From IMG/VR virus record IMGVR_UViG_3300006149_000020: 50,196 nt of DNA, one strand, 5' to 3'. Below the pieces are notes generated by a model. The model worked only from the letters and a program-made list of their open reading frames with translations. It searched no databases and had not been told where the DNA came from. Of the stretch, positions 15,600 to 25,938 are shown piece after piece. This DNA is from a virus. Position 1 is the first letter of the stretch. Each line of letters begins with the position of its first letter. A program made the position numbers and the translations under genes.

Positions 15600-18296
15600 A
15601 TGAAAGGAGGCGAGATATTGGCATTCGGCTACGACGGTTCTGTTCGTATCAAAGCAGACTTGAACCACAGCCCATTTGACCGGGGCTTGACGCAGATGAC
15701 CAGCTTGGTCAACAAATTTGGGAACACCCTAAAAAAGCTTGGCGGCATGGTGGCGATGGCGTTCGGCACTGCCGCGATCATAAACTTTGCCAAAGAGAGC
15801 ATCAAACTGGCCTCCGACATCGAAGAAGTCCAGAACGTGATCGATGTGACTTTTGGGCAAGGAGCCGCACAGATACAGGAATTTGCCCAGTCTGCGGCAG
15901 AAGCCTTTGGTTTGTCAGAGCTGGCCGCGAAGCAATACACGGGAACGCTTGGGGCAATGCTCAAATCGTCCGGATTCACTACTCAGGCAGCACAGGAGAT
16001 GTCCATGGCGCTGACTGGGTTGGCGGGAGACATAGCATCCTTTTACAACCTGGACACAGATGTGGCATTTGAAAAGATCCGAGCTGGTATCAGCGGAGAG
16101 ATCGAGCCGTTAAGGCAACTGGGCATCAATCTGAGCGTAGCGAATCTGGAGACGTATGCTCTTTCTAAAGGTATGACGAAAGCCTATAGCGCCATGTCTC
16201 AGACAGAACAGTATCTATTGCGGTATAACTATCTGTTGGACGTTACAGCGGACGCCCAGGGGGATTTTGCCCGCACGTCCGGCAGCTTTGCCAACCAGAT
16301 CCGCATCCTCCAACTCAACTTTGACCAACTGCGCATCGCGGTGGGAAACGCCCTGATACCCGTCGCTCAGGCAGTCTTGCCCAGCATCAACGCCATCATC
16401 GCAGCATTGACAAAACTGGCCAGCGTATTTGCTCAGGTGACAGCGTTGTTGTTTGGGAGATCTCCAGAGGTCAAGACTACATCCGAAATCGCCACGTCCG
16501 CAGGAGCTGCCGCCGATGCGACAGACAAGCTGGCGGGATCCACTGCTGGCGCTGGTAGCGCAGCAAAACAAGCCGCAAAAGACATGAAAGGAGTCTTGGC
16601 CGGTTTTGACGAACTGAACATACTGGCTGATAACGCATCGAACAGTCTCAGTGGCGCTGCAAACGAGATGGGGATAGGCGGTGAAGGACTGACGCTTCCC
16701 GAAATAGAGGGAGGAGGAGAGCTATTTCCTGATGCGGAAATATCCCCAAAGCTACTATCTTCTATTGAAGCTTTGAAAAAAGAATTAGAGTGGTTGGAAA
16801 GCACAGCGAGAAAGATCTGGCAAGTGTTTGCTGCGTCGTGGGAAGAAAATGGTGGGAAGGTGATATCCGCAGTAAAAAACATGTTCCTGTCTGTTTGGGG
16901 CTTGATCAAATCCATTACAGACGCATTTGTCAGTGTTTGGTCAAACGGAACAGGGCTTGAGATTCTGAACACGATCTATAGCATCATCAGCAATGTCTTG
17001 AACGTCGTGTCCGAATTGTCAAATCGTTTTCGAGAAGCCTGGGAGGCAAATGAAAATGGAGAGGCCATCTGGCAATCGCTTTTGGATATTGCACAAGTAT
17101 ATCTTGGATATATCGAAAGGATTTCAGAGGCAACGCTGATGTGGGCGCAAGAACTTGATCTAGAGCCGCTCGTATCTGCGTTCCGTGGACTGCTAGAAGC
17201 TATCGTGCCCTTAGTAGAGGTCATGACAGACGGCTTAGCATATGCTTACGAAAATATCCTCCTTCCTCTTGGAGAATGGTTTTTGGAAGAGCTGGCACCT
17301 GTTGGAATCGAGCTCGTGACAGCCGCTGTCAAGGCGCTGACCGAAATCTTGACGGCTCTGGAACCCATGGCAAAATGGTTGTGGGAAAATTTTTTGCAGC
17401 CATTAGCAGAATGGACTGGCGAGATCGTGATATCAGCTTTGGAGAAGGTCACAGACTTGCTTTCGAAATTTAGTGTATGGGTATCTGAAAACCAGGAATT
17501 GGTCCAGGATATCACGATTGTGGTAGGTTCGTTTGCGGCAGCATGGGTCCTCGTAAATTCGGCGGTCACGGCATGGAACACGATATCTGCCATTGCCAAG
17601 ACTGCAACGACAGCTTTCGGTGTGGCTATAAATCTTTTGACATCCCCCATAGGTCTCGTCACTTTAGCAATCGGAGCGGTCATAGCGATCGTTTTGCTGC
17701 TCATAAAACATTGGGACGATGTAAAAGAAGCCGCTGGGGCTGCCTGGGACTGGATCGTAGAGAAGTGGGAAGCCGCCGGGAAATGGTTTGAGGAAAACGT
17801 AACGGAACCGCTAGGGAAAGCGTTTGAGGCTGTAGGTGATTCTGTAAAAGAGATCTTCAATGGGATCATTGGTACAGTCGAAGGGATGGTCAATGGAGTA
17901 ATAAAAGCAATAAACTGGCTTATTTCTCAGCTCAACAAAATCAAGTTCGATTTCCCGGATTGGGTCCCTATTATCGGCGGGAAATCTTTTGGCCTGAACA
18001 TCCCAAAGGTTTCTGAGGTCACTCTTCCCCGCCTCGCCAATGGCGCGGTCATCCCGCCAAACCAGCAATTTGCGGCAATCCTCGGTGATCAGCGCAGCGG
18101 AAAGAACCTAGAGGCGCCTGCCGCCCTTATCAAGCAGATGGTCATCGAGGGCATCCAAGCGGCGGGGGGCGCCGGTGGGAGCGGCCAGCCCATCCAGGTG
18201 AACGTCATGCTGGACCGAAAAGTCTTGGCTCGGGCCATAGTGCCAGAGATCAATGACATGACACGACAGGCCGGGAAGCCGGTACTTCTGATTTGA
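15600..18296 (+). CDS. Tail tape measure protein
   Basis: 898 aa, Ala/Leu-rich helical sequence with hydrophobic segments. TTG at 15618, after AAAGGAGG, is a plausible true start. Confidence 0.9.
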   Translation: MKGGEILAFGYDGSVRIKADLNHSPFDRGLTQMTSLVNKFGNTLKKLGGMVAMAFGTAAIINFAKESIKLASDIEEVQNVIDVTFGQGAAQIQEFAQSAAEAFGLSELAAKQYTGTLGAMLKSSGFTTQAAQEMSMALTGLAGDIASFYNLDTDVAFEKIRAGISGEIEPLRQLGINLSVANLETYALSKGMTKAYSAMSQTEQYLLRYNYLLDVTADAQGDFARTSGSFANQIRILQLNFDQLRIAVGNALIPVAQAVLPSINAIIAALTKLASVFAQVTALLFGRSPEVKTTSEIATSAGAAADATDKLAGSTAGAGSAAKQAAKDMKGVLAGFDELNILADNASNSLSGAANEMGIGGEGLTLPEIEGGGELFPDAEISPKLLSSIEALKKELEWLESTARKIWQVFAASWEENGGKVISAVKNMFLSVWGLIKSITDAFVSVWSNGTGLEILNTIYSIISNVLNVVSELSNRFREAWEANENGEAIWQSLLDIAQVYLGYIERISEATLMWAQELDLEPLVSAFRGLLEAIVPLVEVMTDGLAYAYENILLPLGEWFLEELAPVGIELVTAAVKALTEILTALEPMAKWLWENFLQPLAEWTGEIVISALEKVTDLLSKFSVWVSENQELVQDITIVVGSFAAAWVLVNSAVTAWNTISAIAKTATTAFGVAINLLTSPIGLVTLAIGAVIAIVLLLIKHWDDVKEAAGAAWDWIVEKWEAAGKWFEENVTEPLGKAFEAVGDSVKEIFNGIIGTVEGMVNGVIKAINWLISQLNKIKFDFPDWVPIIGGKSFGLNIPKVSEVTLPRLANGAVIPPNQQFAAILGDQRSGKNLEAPAALIKQMVIEGIQAAGGAGGSGQPIQVNVMLDRKVLARAIVPEINDMTRQAGKPVLLI

Positions 18297-18308
18297 GGTG
18301 ACAAGGAT

Positions 18309-18671
18309 ATGGACCTTTTGATCATCAACGAACACGACTACTCCAGGTTCATCAAAAATACAGGCTATGGATGGGGGAGGAGCGACCTAGACAGCGACAA
18401 AAGCACCAGAACAAAGGACGGCCGGTTGCGCAGAGACAAGATTGGGACGAAAAGAAAGATCACGTTTGAAGTGATGGGCCTGACTCGTCAAGAATTGGCG
18501 CAGTTGGACGACGACCTGAGCCAACCAACGTTTTCCGCGACCTATATGGACCTTCATGGAAAAATGACAAGGGAATTCTATTGTTCCTCGTTCAGCGCCT
18601 CCTTGACTACGACCAGACGTGATGACGGATCTACTTGGAGGTCGGAGCCGTTCACCATCACTGAGGTATAA
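18309..18671 (+). CDS. Distal tail protein (small)
   Basis: Position immediately after the tape measure. Confidence 0.5.
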   Translation: MDLLIINEHDYSRFIKNTGYGWGRSDLDSDKSTRTKDGRLRRDKIGTKRKITFEVMGLTRQELAQLDDDLSQPTFSATYMDLHGKMTREFYCSSFSASLTTTRRDDGSTWRSEPFTITEV

Positions 18672-18673
18672 CG

Positions 18674-19375
18674 ATGGCCCAAACGACCAGCGCATCATGG
18701 AAAGCGCTATGGCGCACGCCGGGGACGGAGCGGGAGTACCGGTTCGAGATCGCGGGGAAGGTGTACGGGCCGGACGTGGAGGTCACGCATTCGGTGGACA
18801 GCGGGCTGTATGAGCAGTTCGGCATCGGGAACGCGGCCACGGCGAAGCTGACGATATCGCTTTTCGCGGACAGCATCCCGCGCGCGGCCACCATCAAGCG
18901 GTATATCCGCCTGCGCAACGGGGAGCGCGTCAGCGAATGGCTGCCCAAAGGCGTGTTCTTCGCCAACCGGCGCAGCGAAGAGGACGGGTACTGGACCGTG
19001 GAAGCTTTCGACGCCATGCGGAAGGCCGAGCGGCCTTGGGAGCCGGACCAAAGCCTGAGCTTCCCGCTGTCCATGCCGGCCGCGGTGCGGGAGTTCGCCC
19101 GGCTGATGGGGGTGGAGGTGGATGAGCGTACACGGCTCGACCCGGCCTACACCATCGACTATCCGACCAGCGACCCTGACAGCGATACGGGCGACTACTA
19201 CAGCATCCGGCAGGTGCTGCAATGGATCGCTGCCGCCCATGCGGGGAACTGGATCGTGACTGGGGAGGGGAAGCTGCTCCTGGTCCCGCTTCTGTCCTTC
19301 CCGGAGGAAACGAGCTACCTCGTCACCGAATACGGCTCGGCGATCACATTGGGGGGAGTGAGACTGCTTGTCTGA
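18674..19375 (+). CDS. Tail-tip / baseplate protein
   Basis: Position in the tail-tip block. Confidence 0.5.
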   Translation: MAQTTSASWKALWRTPGTEREYRFEIAGKVYGPDVEVTHSVDSGLYEQFGIGNAATAKLTISLFADSIPRAATIKRYIRLRNGERVSEWLPKGVFFANRRSEEDGYWTVEAFDAMRKAERPWEPDQSLSFPLSMPAAVREFARLMGVEVDERTRLDPAYTIDYPTSDPDSDTGDYYSIRQVLQWIAAAHAGNWIVTGEGKLLLVPLLSFPEETSYLVTEYGSAITLGGVRLLV

Positions 19376-21056
19376 TAAATTCTTCGTGGGCCTGGACCTG
19401 ACCGGCATAGAGGACAACGGACTGCACGATCCGATCTCTCGGGTCACGCTGCTGCTGGACGACGAGAACAGCGTCACTGCCGGGGACGATACAGGCGGGG
19501 AGCTGCTGGCGGACTGCCCATACGCCACACCGGCGATCGCGAACGCCATATTGGCCCAGGTGAAAGGCTATCAGTACCATATGTTCAGCGCAGACGACGC
19601 CGGCCTGGACCCGAGCGCGGAGCTGGGGGACGGCGTGACGGCGGGCGGCATATATTCCGTGATATCCAGGCTCAGCGACGATGGGAGCGGATACCTGGGC
19701 GTGACAGCGCCTGGAAAGGCCGAGATGGAGGAGGAATATCCCACCAGCGGCCCGATGACGGTGGCCTTCGACCGTAAGATCGCCCAGACCCGCTCCAGCA
19801 TCACCAAGACGGCGGAGCAGATCACGCTCATGGTGGAGGACCAGGTGGAGGGGCTGGAAGGGAAGCTGGAGCTGACCGCCAGCAGCCTGAGATCGGAGAT
19901 CGTGGACAAAACAGAGGGGCTGAGCTCCAAGATCGAACAGACCGCCAGCAGTCTGACGTCGCGGATCGATGCGACGAACGGGCGCGTGTCCTCCATCGAG
20001 CAATACGTGGACGGCATCACGCTATCGGTGTCGAACGGGTCCACCTCCAGCACCATCGCCTTGAAGTCCGGCAGCGCCACCATCGCCAGCCAGACGATCC
20101 GGATGGACGGGCTCGTGACCTTCACCGGGCTCCAGAGCGGCACCACCACCATCGACGGGGCGTGCATCAAGACCGGGCTCATCTCGGCAGAGCGATTGGA
20201 GCTGACCGGAGCGATCACATGGGGGGACCTCGCCTATGATGCGCAGGGCCAGGTCATGGACGCGCAGGACGCGGCCAACTCCGCAAAGTCCACAGCGGAC
20301 GCCGCTCTGTCTACCGCTCATACTGCGACCGCGATGGCCAGCGCGGCAGACACGACGGTACGTGGCTGGACCTATCAAGGCACGACCTACATCGACGGGA
20401 ACCAACTGATGACCGGGACCGTCAAGGCGTCCACGCTCCAGGGGGGCAGGATCGACCTGCTCGACTACTTCGGGAGCACGGCCGGCTCGATGACATTGTC
20501 CGGCGCGACGTCATACGGATACGCCATGGACATCCACAGCTATGGCGCGATGCGGCTGGCGGCACAATATGGCGACGTGTACATCAAGTCCGAACAACAT
20601 GAGAATTACCTTTGGATCACCAAAGACATAACTTACGTCAATAAGACCTTCGCGTCCCACAATGTGTCCTCACTTGGGACCGATACGTTCCCATGGAACG
20701 ACGTGTACGCCCGCAACGCTACCATCCAGACTTCCGACCTTACGCTGAAAAAGGATGTGCGATACGGCCTGGAGGATTATGAGGCGCTGTTCGACGCGCT
20801 CAGGCCGATGAGCTTCGTTTTCATGGACGGGGAGAGCGGCCGGCGGCATCTCGGGATGGGGGCCCAGGACGTGGAGGAGGCGATGGACAGAGCGGGGCTA
20901 TCCAGCCTGGATTTTGCCGGGTTCATCAAAACCGAGCGCTCGGACGGGGCCGGGAGCGACTACGCCCTTCGATACGGGGAGTTCATCCCATTGTGCATCG
21001 AGCAGATACAACATCTGAAAGCCCGCGTGGCGGAGCTGGAAAGGAGGATGGCATGA
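19368..21056 (+). CDS. Tail fibre with C-terminal intramolecular chaperone (Peptidase_S74-like)
   Basis: Ser/Thr-rich coiled repeats. C-terminus [33 protein letters not shown]...HLGMGAQDVEEAM...YGEFIPLCIEQIQHLKARV. Confidence 0.75.
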   Translation: MSDKFFVGLDLTGIEDNGLHDPISRVTLLLDDENSVTAGDDTGGELLADCPYATPAIANAILAQVKGYQYHMFSADDAGLDPSAELGDGVTAGGIYSVISRLSDDGSGYLGVTAPGKAEMEEEYPTSGPMTVAFDRKIAQTRSSITKTAEQITLMVEDQVEGLEGKLELTASSLRSEIVDKTEGLSSKIEQTASSLTSRIDATNGRVSSIEQYVDGITLSVSNGSTSSTIALKSGSATIASQTIRMDGLVTFTGLQSGTTTIDGACIKTGLISAERLELTGAITWGDLAYDAQGQVMDAQDAANSAKSTADAALSTAHTATAMASAADTTVRGWTYQGTTYIDGNQLMTGTVKASTLQGGRIDLLDYFGSTAGSMTLSGATSYGYAMDIHSYGAMRLAAQYGDVYIKSEQHENYLWITKDITYVNKTFASHNVSSLGTDTFPWNDVYARNATIQTSDLTLKKDVRYGLEDYEALFDALRPMSFVFMDGESGRRHLGMGAQDVEEAMDRAGLSSLDFAGFIKTERSDGAGSDYALRYGEFIPLCIEQIQHLKARVAELERRMA

Positions 21057-21214
21057 AAGAGCTGCAAAAAGAGCTGGACCAGGCGTACAGCCTGATCTCG
21101 TCTATCCCAGTCAACGGGGACGGCGTGGATATCATGGCCGCAGCCAGGGAGCACCTGCGCAAAGCATACCGGATGGCCGGCGGACCCAAGGGCGAGGTGG
21201 CAAGCGATGGCTGA
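21053..21214 (+). CDS. Small hypothetical protein (53 aa)
   Basis: ATGA overlap with the fibre-gene stop. [28 protein letters not shown]... Confidence 0.4.
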   Translation: MKELQKELDQAYSLISSIPVNGDGVDIMAAAREHLRKAYRMAGGPKGEVASDG

Positions 21215-21908
21215 CAGGACCACCGGCGGCTTGAAGGCCGTATCGGAGACGACGATAGGCGACCTGCCGGGGATACTGGACCTGTACGATGATACGCTGA
21301 TCCCTGTGGAGCAACAGGGGGAGGCGCGCCATATGAAAGGGTCTCAGTGGAAAAAATACGCCCAGGTAGGCGTGGAGGTCTACGTCTCCTCTGCCCGTGA
21401 CGCCGCCGCACAAGCTACCGCTGCGGCTGGGGAAGCCAAGGGCCAGGCGCAAGCGGCCAGTGCGGCCAAGGATGCCGCGCAGGACGCCAGGGACGAAGCA
21501 CGGGAAGCCGTGAAAGCGGTAGAGGACATGACCGTGTCCGCAGACCAACTGCCGCCTGAGAGCGATCCCGTGGCCGAAAAGACGGCGGTGGGGAAGTCGT
21601 TCCACATCCACTTCGGGATCCCGGCGGGGAAGCAGGGCCCGGCCGGTCCACAGGGAGCGCAGGGAGCCCAAGGCCCGGAAGGCACGCAGGGCCCGCAGGG
21701 AGAGGCGGGGCCCGTCGGACCTCAAGGCCCGCAGGGCGTGCAAGGGCCCGCAGGGCCTCCCGGGATAAACGGCGTGGCCGTCTCGGCGGCTGGGCACTAT
21801 GCGTTCAATGTGGACGAGGCAGGGCATCTGATCTTGAGCTACACGGACGACGACGCGCCCGACTTCTCCATAGACAGCAGCGGGCATCTGATCTTGAACA
21901 TCAAATAA
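21207..21908 (+). CDS. Collagen-like tail fibre protein
   Basis: 16 uninterrupted G-X-Y triplets ([48 protein letters not shown]). Confidence 0.7.
   Translation: MADRTTGGLKAVSETTIGDLPGILDLYDDTLIPVEQQGEARHMKGSQWKKYAQVGVEVYVSSARDAAAQATAAAGEAKGQAQAASAAKDAAQDARDEAREAVKAVEDMTVSADQLPPESDPVAEKTAVGKSFHIHFGIPAGKQGPAGPQGAQGAQGPEGTQGPQGEAGPVGPQGPQGVQGPAGPPGINGVAVSAAGHYAFNVDEAGHLILSYTDDDAPDFSIDSSGHLILNIK
21627..21770 (+). repeat. Collagen G-X-Y repeat block 1 (in-frame)
   Basis: Read from the translation, aa 141-188 of the ORF. Confidence 0.85.
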
Positions 21909-21922
21909 AGGGGGAACACATC

Positions 21923-23668
21923 ATGCCACAGATCGATCTGGGGAACGTAGTAGGCCCGCAGGGGCCGCAGGGAGAGACCGGCCCGCAGGGGCCTGCCGGA
22001 CCTGGCGGACCGCAGGGCGAACAGGGACCGAGGGGGCCGGAAGGGCCTGCCGGACCACAGGGCCCGCAGGGCATCCAGGGGCCTCCGGGCGCTCCGGCGG
22101 TCGTGAACGGGTCGAACACGCTGACCATCGCCGCCGGGGAGAAGATAGAGCTGGCGCAGAGCGGGGACACGCTGACCATCGACTGTACCGCCAGCTCCCG
22201 GAACATCCTGATCAACTGGGACTTCCGCAGGCCGGTGAACCGGAACGGAGGGACGCGATACACGGAGTCCGGGTACACCATAGACCGCTGGAAGATCGTG
22301 AACGGAGGATTGTCCCTCGGTGACGACGGGGCCGTCTCGCTGCTGAAGAACACGGATGCGGAGGCGCCGCGGAACTGCTTCCTCCAACTGATAGACGCGC
22401 CGGCGATGTACGCGGGGAAAACGCTCACGTTCTCTGTCCTGTGCAAAGACCTCCAAGGGTATCTCAAAGCTACGGTGTATGCCAATAAGGAGGGCGTCAC
22501 TGCGAACGGGCCATCCATATCGTCGGACGGGCTTGCCAGCGTCACGTTCACCATGGCGGAGGGCGTGGCCCCGACCGAGTTCCGGGTACATTGGCTATTG
22601 TCTCCTGGCGGGTCCTGCGTCCCCATCGCCGCCAAGCTGGAGCTGGGGGAGCGGCAGACCCTGGCCCGGCAGGTGGAAGGGGGATGGGAACTCATCGACC
22701 CGCCCGATTACGCGCTGCAATACGCCCTGTGCAGCCAGTACAGCCCGATCACCGGGGAGTGGGTGGGGAGCCGGCACAGCAACCAGAACTTGCTGGACAA
22801 CTGGTACCTTCTGGGCCCCATCGACCAAAGGGGAAAGACGGAGTATCAGAGTCCCGGATACACGATCGACAGGTGGCTCTACTGGGCAGAGAGCGGTACT
22901 GGTACATATACCATCAGACCTGTAGACAGTGGGCTGGAGATCCTGCCAGGAGAACCGATGAAATCGAACATCTGGGGACAGAGAGTCGATGGATTGAGTA
23001 AATTGAGGGGGAGAACGCTCACCTTTTCTATGCTGACCAGCACGAACGATCTGGCCTCCATCACCTATACGATACCGATGGCGGGAACGTTCGATTCTCC
23101 GAACGTCTTTTTTCAAGGTAAGAGAGGTTATCTGGACCTGCGGGCAAACGAAACCCATGTGGATGCTGATATCATGGAGGCCAGGTACATAACGAACAGC
23201 CTGAAGGAAAGCATCATCTTCGTCGCCGCCAAGCTGGAGCTGGGCACGGTCCAGACCCTGGCCCATAAGGAAGGGGACGCCTGGGTCCTGAACGACCCGC
23301 CCCCCAACAAGGCGCTGGAGTTGGCCAAGTGCCAGAGGTATCAGACGGTCTACAGCTACCCGTCCGGAAGCTTCTCGAACGCCACGTATATAGCGGTGGG
23401 GATCGCGACCAACTCGACCACAGCCAGGTTCTTCATCGAAACGCCTGTCCCGCTGCGCGCTCGTCCGGCTGTGGTCATAGATGGGTTCTATGTCGCACGC
23501 GGATCGTCAGACCGGGTGAAGGTGAGGGGAGCCACCGTCCTGTGGCCGCCCATCCAGGACAAGGTCGGAGTGCAGGTCACATGCGATGGGGCGAATTTCA
23601 CGGTGGGGGACGTCGTGTTCCTGGAATCGTTCAGCGGGGCAGCGCTCAGGCTGGACGCGAACTTATAA
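21923..23668 (+). CDS. Collagen-like tail fibre / receptor-binding protein with an internally duplicated domain
   Basis: N-terminal G-X-Y x16, then two ~190-aa copies: N(I/L)L(I/D)NW...GYTIDRW...AAKLELG..QTLA...DPP...C(S/Q)(Q/R)Y. Confidence 0.75.
   Translation: MPQIDLGNVVGPQGPQGETGPQGPAGPGGPQGEQGPRGPEGPAGPQGPQGIQGPPGAPAVVNGSNTLTIAAGEKIELAQSGDTLTIDCTASSRNILINWDFRRPVNRNGGTRYTESGYTIDRWKIVNGGLSLGDDGAVSLLKNTDAEAPRNCFLQLIDAPAMYAGKTLTFSVLCKDLQGYLKATVYANKEGVTANGPSISSDGLASVTFTMAEGVAPTEFRVHWLLSPGGSCVPIAAKLELGERQTLARQVEGGWELIDPPDYALQYALCSQYSPITGEWVGSRHSNQNLLDNWYLLGPIDQRGKTEYQSPGYTIDRWLYWAESGTGTYTIRPVDSGLEILPGEPMKSNIWGQRVDGLSKLRGRTLTFSMLTSTNDLASITYTIPMAGTFDSPNVFFQGKRGYLDLRANETHVDADIMEARYITNSLKESIIFVAAKLELGTVQTLAHKEGDAWVLNDPPPNKALELAKCQRYQTVYSYPSGSFSNATYIAVGIATNSTTARFFIETPVPLRARPAVVIDGFYVARGSSDRVKVRGATVLWPPIQDKVGVQVTCDGANFTVGDVVFLESFSGAALRLDANL
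21953..22096 (+). repeat. Collagen G-X-Y repeat block 2 (in-frame)
   Basis: aa 11-58: [48 protein letters not shown]. Confidence 0.85.
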
Positions 23669-23681
23669 AGGAGGGATCGTC

Positions 23682-24098
23682 ATGGATGAGATAGGGATGG
23701 ATCTCGATATGGAGTCGATCGGCATCGAGAGACCTGAGCCCGAGATCGAGATCGAGCAGTTCTACAACAAGCACTACATCGTGACCGACGCCCGGGGGCG
23801 CATCACGGACGGCTGGAGCGACGGACCGTTCCCGGACCGGGACGCCACGGACGCCATCTGCATCGAGGAGCAGGGCGGCTACCAGTTCCGGCTGGCTTCG
23901 GACGGGGAGGAGAACCCGGCCTTGTACACGGAGGGCGGCGTCCCGCTGTACCGCTGGGACGGGGAGGCGGCGGTCCTCCGGACGGCGGAGGAGATCCAGG
24001 CGGACCTGGCGGCGATACCTGAGCCCCCTCCCAGCGAGCAGGAGCGGCTGCGGGCGGACGTCGATTTTCTGGCGGCTTTGCAGGGGGTGAGCCTGTGA
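23682..24098 (+). CDS. Hypothetical protein (XkdW-position)
   Basis: AAGGAGGGA then ATG. Acidic. Ends ...RLRADVDFLAALQGVSL. Confidence 0.5.
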   Translation: MDEIGMDLDMESIGIERPEPEIEIEQFYNKHYIVTDARGRITDGWSDGPFPDRDATDAICIEEQGGYQFRLASDGEENPALYTEGGVPLYRWDGEAAVLRTAEEIQADLAAIPEPPPSEQERLRADVDFLAALQGVSL

Positions 24099-24226
24099 GC
24101 GTATATGAGCTGGCCCAAAAGTACTACCCCAGGCTGTGGGACAAGTCCCGCCTGGGGGCGTTGGTAGAGGCCGGGAGGCTGACGGCGGAGGAAATGGAGG
24201 AAATCATCTATCCAAAGGAGATATGA
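24095..24226 (+). CDS. XkdX-like small protein (43 aa)
   Basis: GTG overlaps the previous stop. SVYELAQKYYPRLWDKSRLGALVEAGRLTAEEMEEIIYPKEI fits the XkdX pattern. Below the ORF-track cutoff. Confidence 0.5.
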   Translation: MSVYELAQKYYPRLWDKSRLGALVEAGRLTAEEMEEIIYPKEI

Positions 24227-24229
24227 TCT

Positions 24230-24553
24230 ATGTCTGAGAACTGCAACCCGAACGACTGCCCCGTGTCTGCCCGTGTGGACGCATTGGAGAAGGAGTTCGA
24301 CCGCTATCGTGGCAACTCCTCCGAGACCCATCGCCTGATGTTCGACCGAATCGGGGCGTTGGAGCGGAGCGGGGCCGCGCTGGGGGAGAAACTGGACAGC
24401 ATCGACGAGAAACTGGACGGCCTGGCGGAGACCGCCAAGGCCCTGACGGAGAAGCCCGCGAAACGGTGGGACGGGTTGGTGGACAAGCTGATCTATGCCG
24501 CCGCGCTGGCGGTCGTGGCTTGGATCGCCGCCGGTATGCCTGGGTTGGGCTGA
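24230..24553 (+). CDS. XhlA-like lysis-associated membrane protein
   Basis: Coiled coil followed by a single C-terminal TM helix (LIYAAALAVVAWIAAGMPG). Immediately upstream of the holin. Confidence 0.6.
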   Translation: MSENCNPNDCPVSARVDALEKEFDRYRGNSSETHRLMFDRIGALERSGAALGEKLDSIDEKLDGLAETAKALTEKPAKRWDGLVDKLIYAAALAVVAWIAAGMPGLG

Positions 24554-24567
24554 GAAAGGAGATACCT

Positions 24568-24771
24568 ATGATGAGTGAAAAGACGAAGAAGTGGCTGAGA
24601 GCGGCGGCTGTCCGGGCCGTCAAGACCATGGCGCAGACGGCGGTGGCCACCATCGGGGCGTCGGCGGTGCTCACCGCCGTGGACTGGCCCATGGTGGCGT
24701 CGGCGTCGGTGCTGGCCGGGGTGCTGTCCCTGCTCACCTCCCTGGCGGGTCTGCCGGAGGTGGAGGCATGA
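24568..24771 (+). CDS. Holin
   Basis: 67 aa with two hydrophobic helices (AVRAVKTMAQTAVATIGASAVL / VASASVLAGVLSLLTSLAG). Overlaps the endolysin start (ATGA). Confidence 0.65.
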   Translation: MMSEKTKKWLRAAAVRAVKTMAQTAVATIGASAVLTAVDWPMVASASVLAGVLSLLTSLAGLPEVEA

Positions 24772-25550
24772 ACCTGCTGGAATGTCTGCTCACAGAAAAC
24801 CGGTGCTACAAGACCGGGGCGAAGATCAGGCCCAAAGGCGTGATGGTGCACTCCACCGGGGCCAACAACCCGATGCTCCGGCGGTATGTCCAGCCGGTGG
24901 CCACCACGCCGGAGAAGGATGAGCTGCTGTGGCAGCTCGGGGTGAACCGCAACGGTAACCACTGGAACCGACCTGGCCTGGACGTGTGCGTCCACGCGTT
25001 CATCGGGAAGCTGGATGACGGCAGCGTAGCGGCGGTGCAGACGCTGCCGTGGGACCATCGGGGCTGGCACGCGGGCACCGGCACCAGCGGCAGGAGCGCC
25101 AACGACACCCACATCTCTTTCGAGATCTGCGAGGACGATCTGACCGACCCGGCCTATTTTGGTCAGGCGTACCGGACCGCCGTGGAGCTGACAGCTATGC
25201 TGTGCGCTCAGTATGGGCTGGACCCCATGGCGGACGGCGTGGTGATCTGCCACCAGGACGGCTACCGCCGGGGGGTGGCCTCCAACCACGGGGACGTGTA
25301 CAACTGGTTCCCCAAGCATGGAAAAACGATGGACGACTTCCGGGCCGAGGTGGTCCGGGCGATGAAAGGAGACAGAGCGGACATGGTGTACTTCAAGACG
25401 CTGGACGATGTGCCCAGCTATTACAAGGCAGCGGTGTCCAAAGCGGTGGACAGGGGAGCGCTCAACGGCACCGGAGGCGGAGAGCTGAACGTCTCCGAGG
25501 ACCTGTGCAGGACCCTCACCGTGCTGGACCGGCTGGGGAAGCTGGATTGA
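24768..25550 (+). CDS. Endolysin, N-acetylmuramoyl-L-alanine amidase (Amidase_2/PGRP type)
   Basis: VMVHSTGANNP...WHAGTG...NDTHISFEICED...CHQDG...SNHGD, plus a C-terminal wall-binding-like tail. Confidence 0.85.
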   Translation: MNLLECLLTENRCYKTGAKIRPKGVMVHSTGANNPMLRRYVQPVATTPEKDELLWQLGVNRNGNHWNRPGLDVCVHAFIGKLDDGSVAAVQTLPWDHRGWHAGTGTSGRSANDTHISFEICEDDLTDPAYFGQAYRTAVELTAMLCAQYGLDPMADGVVICHQDGYRRGVASNHGDVYNWFPKHGKTMDDFRAEVVRAMKGDRADMVYFKTLDDVPSYYKAAVSKAVDRGALNGTGGGELNVSEDLCRTLTVLDRLGKLD

Positions 25551-25597
25551 CGCACGGGCCACGATGTGGTAATATTTGAAAGAAAGGAGCGCAGGAT

Positions 25598-25933
25598 ATG
25601 GATAACAAGAAAGAGAATCTTCCCATCAAGTTGGAATACAGCGACGTGCAGACCGTCCCGCTGGCGCTGCATGAGATGCACATGGCAAGGCTGAACCGGC
25701 TGCTTCGGTGGCTGTGCGTGGCCTGGGCGCTGTCTACGGCTTTCGTTGTCTTGGCCTTCGTATGGCTCTGGAACCAGTACGACTACGGAAGCAGCACGGA
25801 GCTGTCAGGGGTCTATAACCTGGTCGATTACCAGGGCAACGTGATCAGCTCCGACCTTTCCCCAGATGATGTCATCCGTATCCTGGAAGAGCTGAACGAT
25901 GGCAAGGATCAGGCGGTCCAAGACCAGAACTAA
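25598..25933 (+). CDS. Single-pass membrane protein after the endolysin
   Basis: TM helix LLRWLCVAWALSTAFVVLAFVWLW. AAAGGAG RBS. Confidence 0.5.
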   Translation: MDNKKENLPIKLEYSDVQTVPLALHEMHMARLNRLLRWLCVAWALSTAFVVLAFVWLWNQYDYGSSTELSGVYNLVDYQGNVISSDLSPDDVIRILEELNDGKDQAVQDQN

Positions 25934-25938
25934 GAAAA

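Noticed and set aside
21627-22096. Collagen G-X-Y repeats as a sign of eukaryotic contamination
   Set aside because: They are embedded in phage tail-fibre ORFs with prokaryotic RBSs and flanking phage genes. Collagen-like stalks are known in phage fibres.
22190-23330. Diversity-generating retroelement (template/variable repeat) in the tail fibre
   Set aside because: No reverse transcriptase gene is present in the genome. The two copies are diverged protein-domain duplicates, not near-identical repeats with adenine-specific differences.
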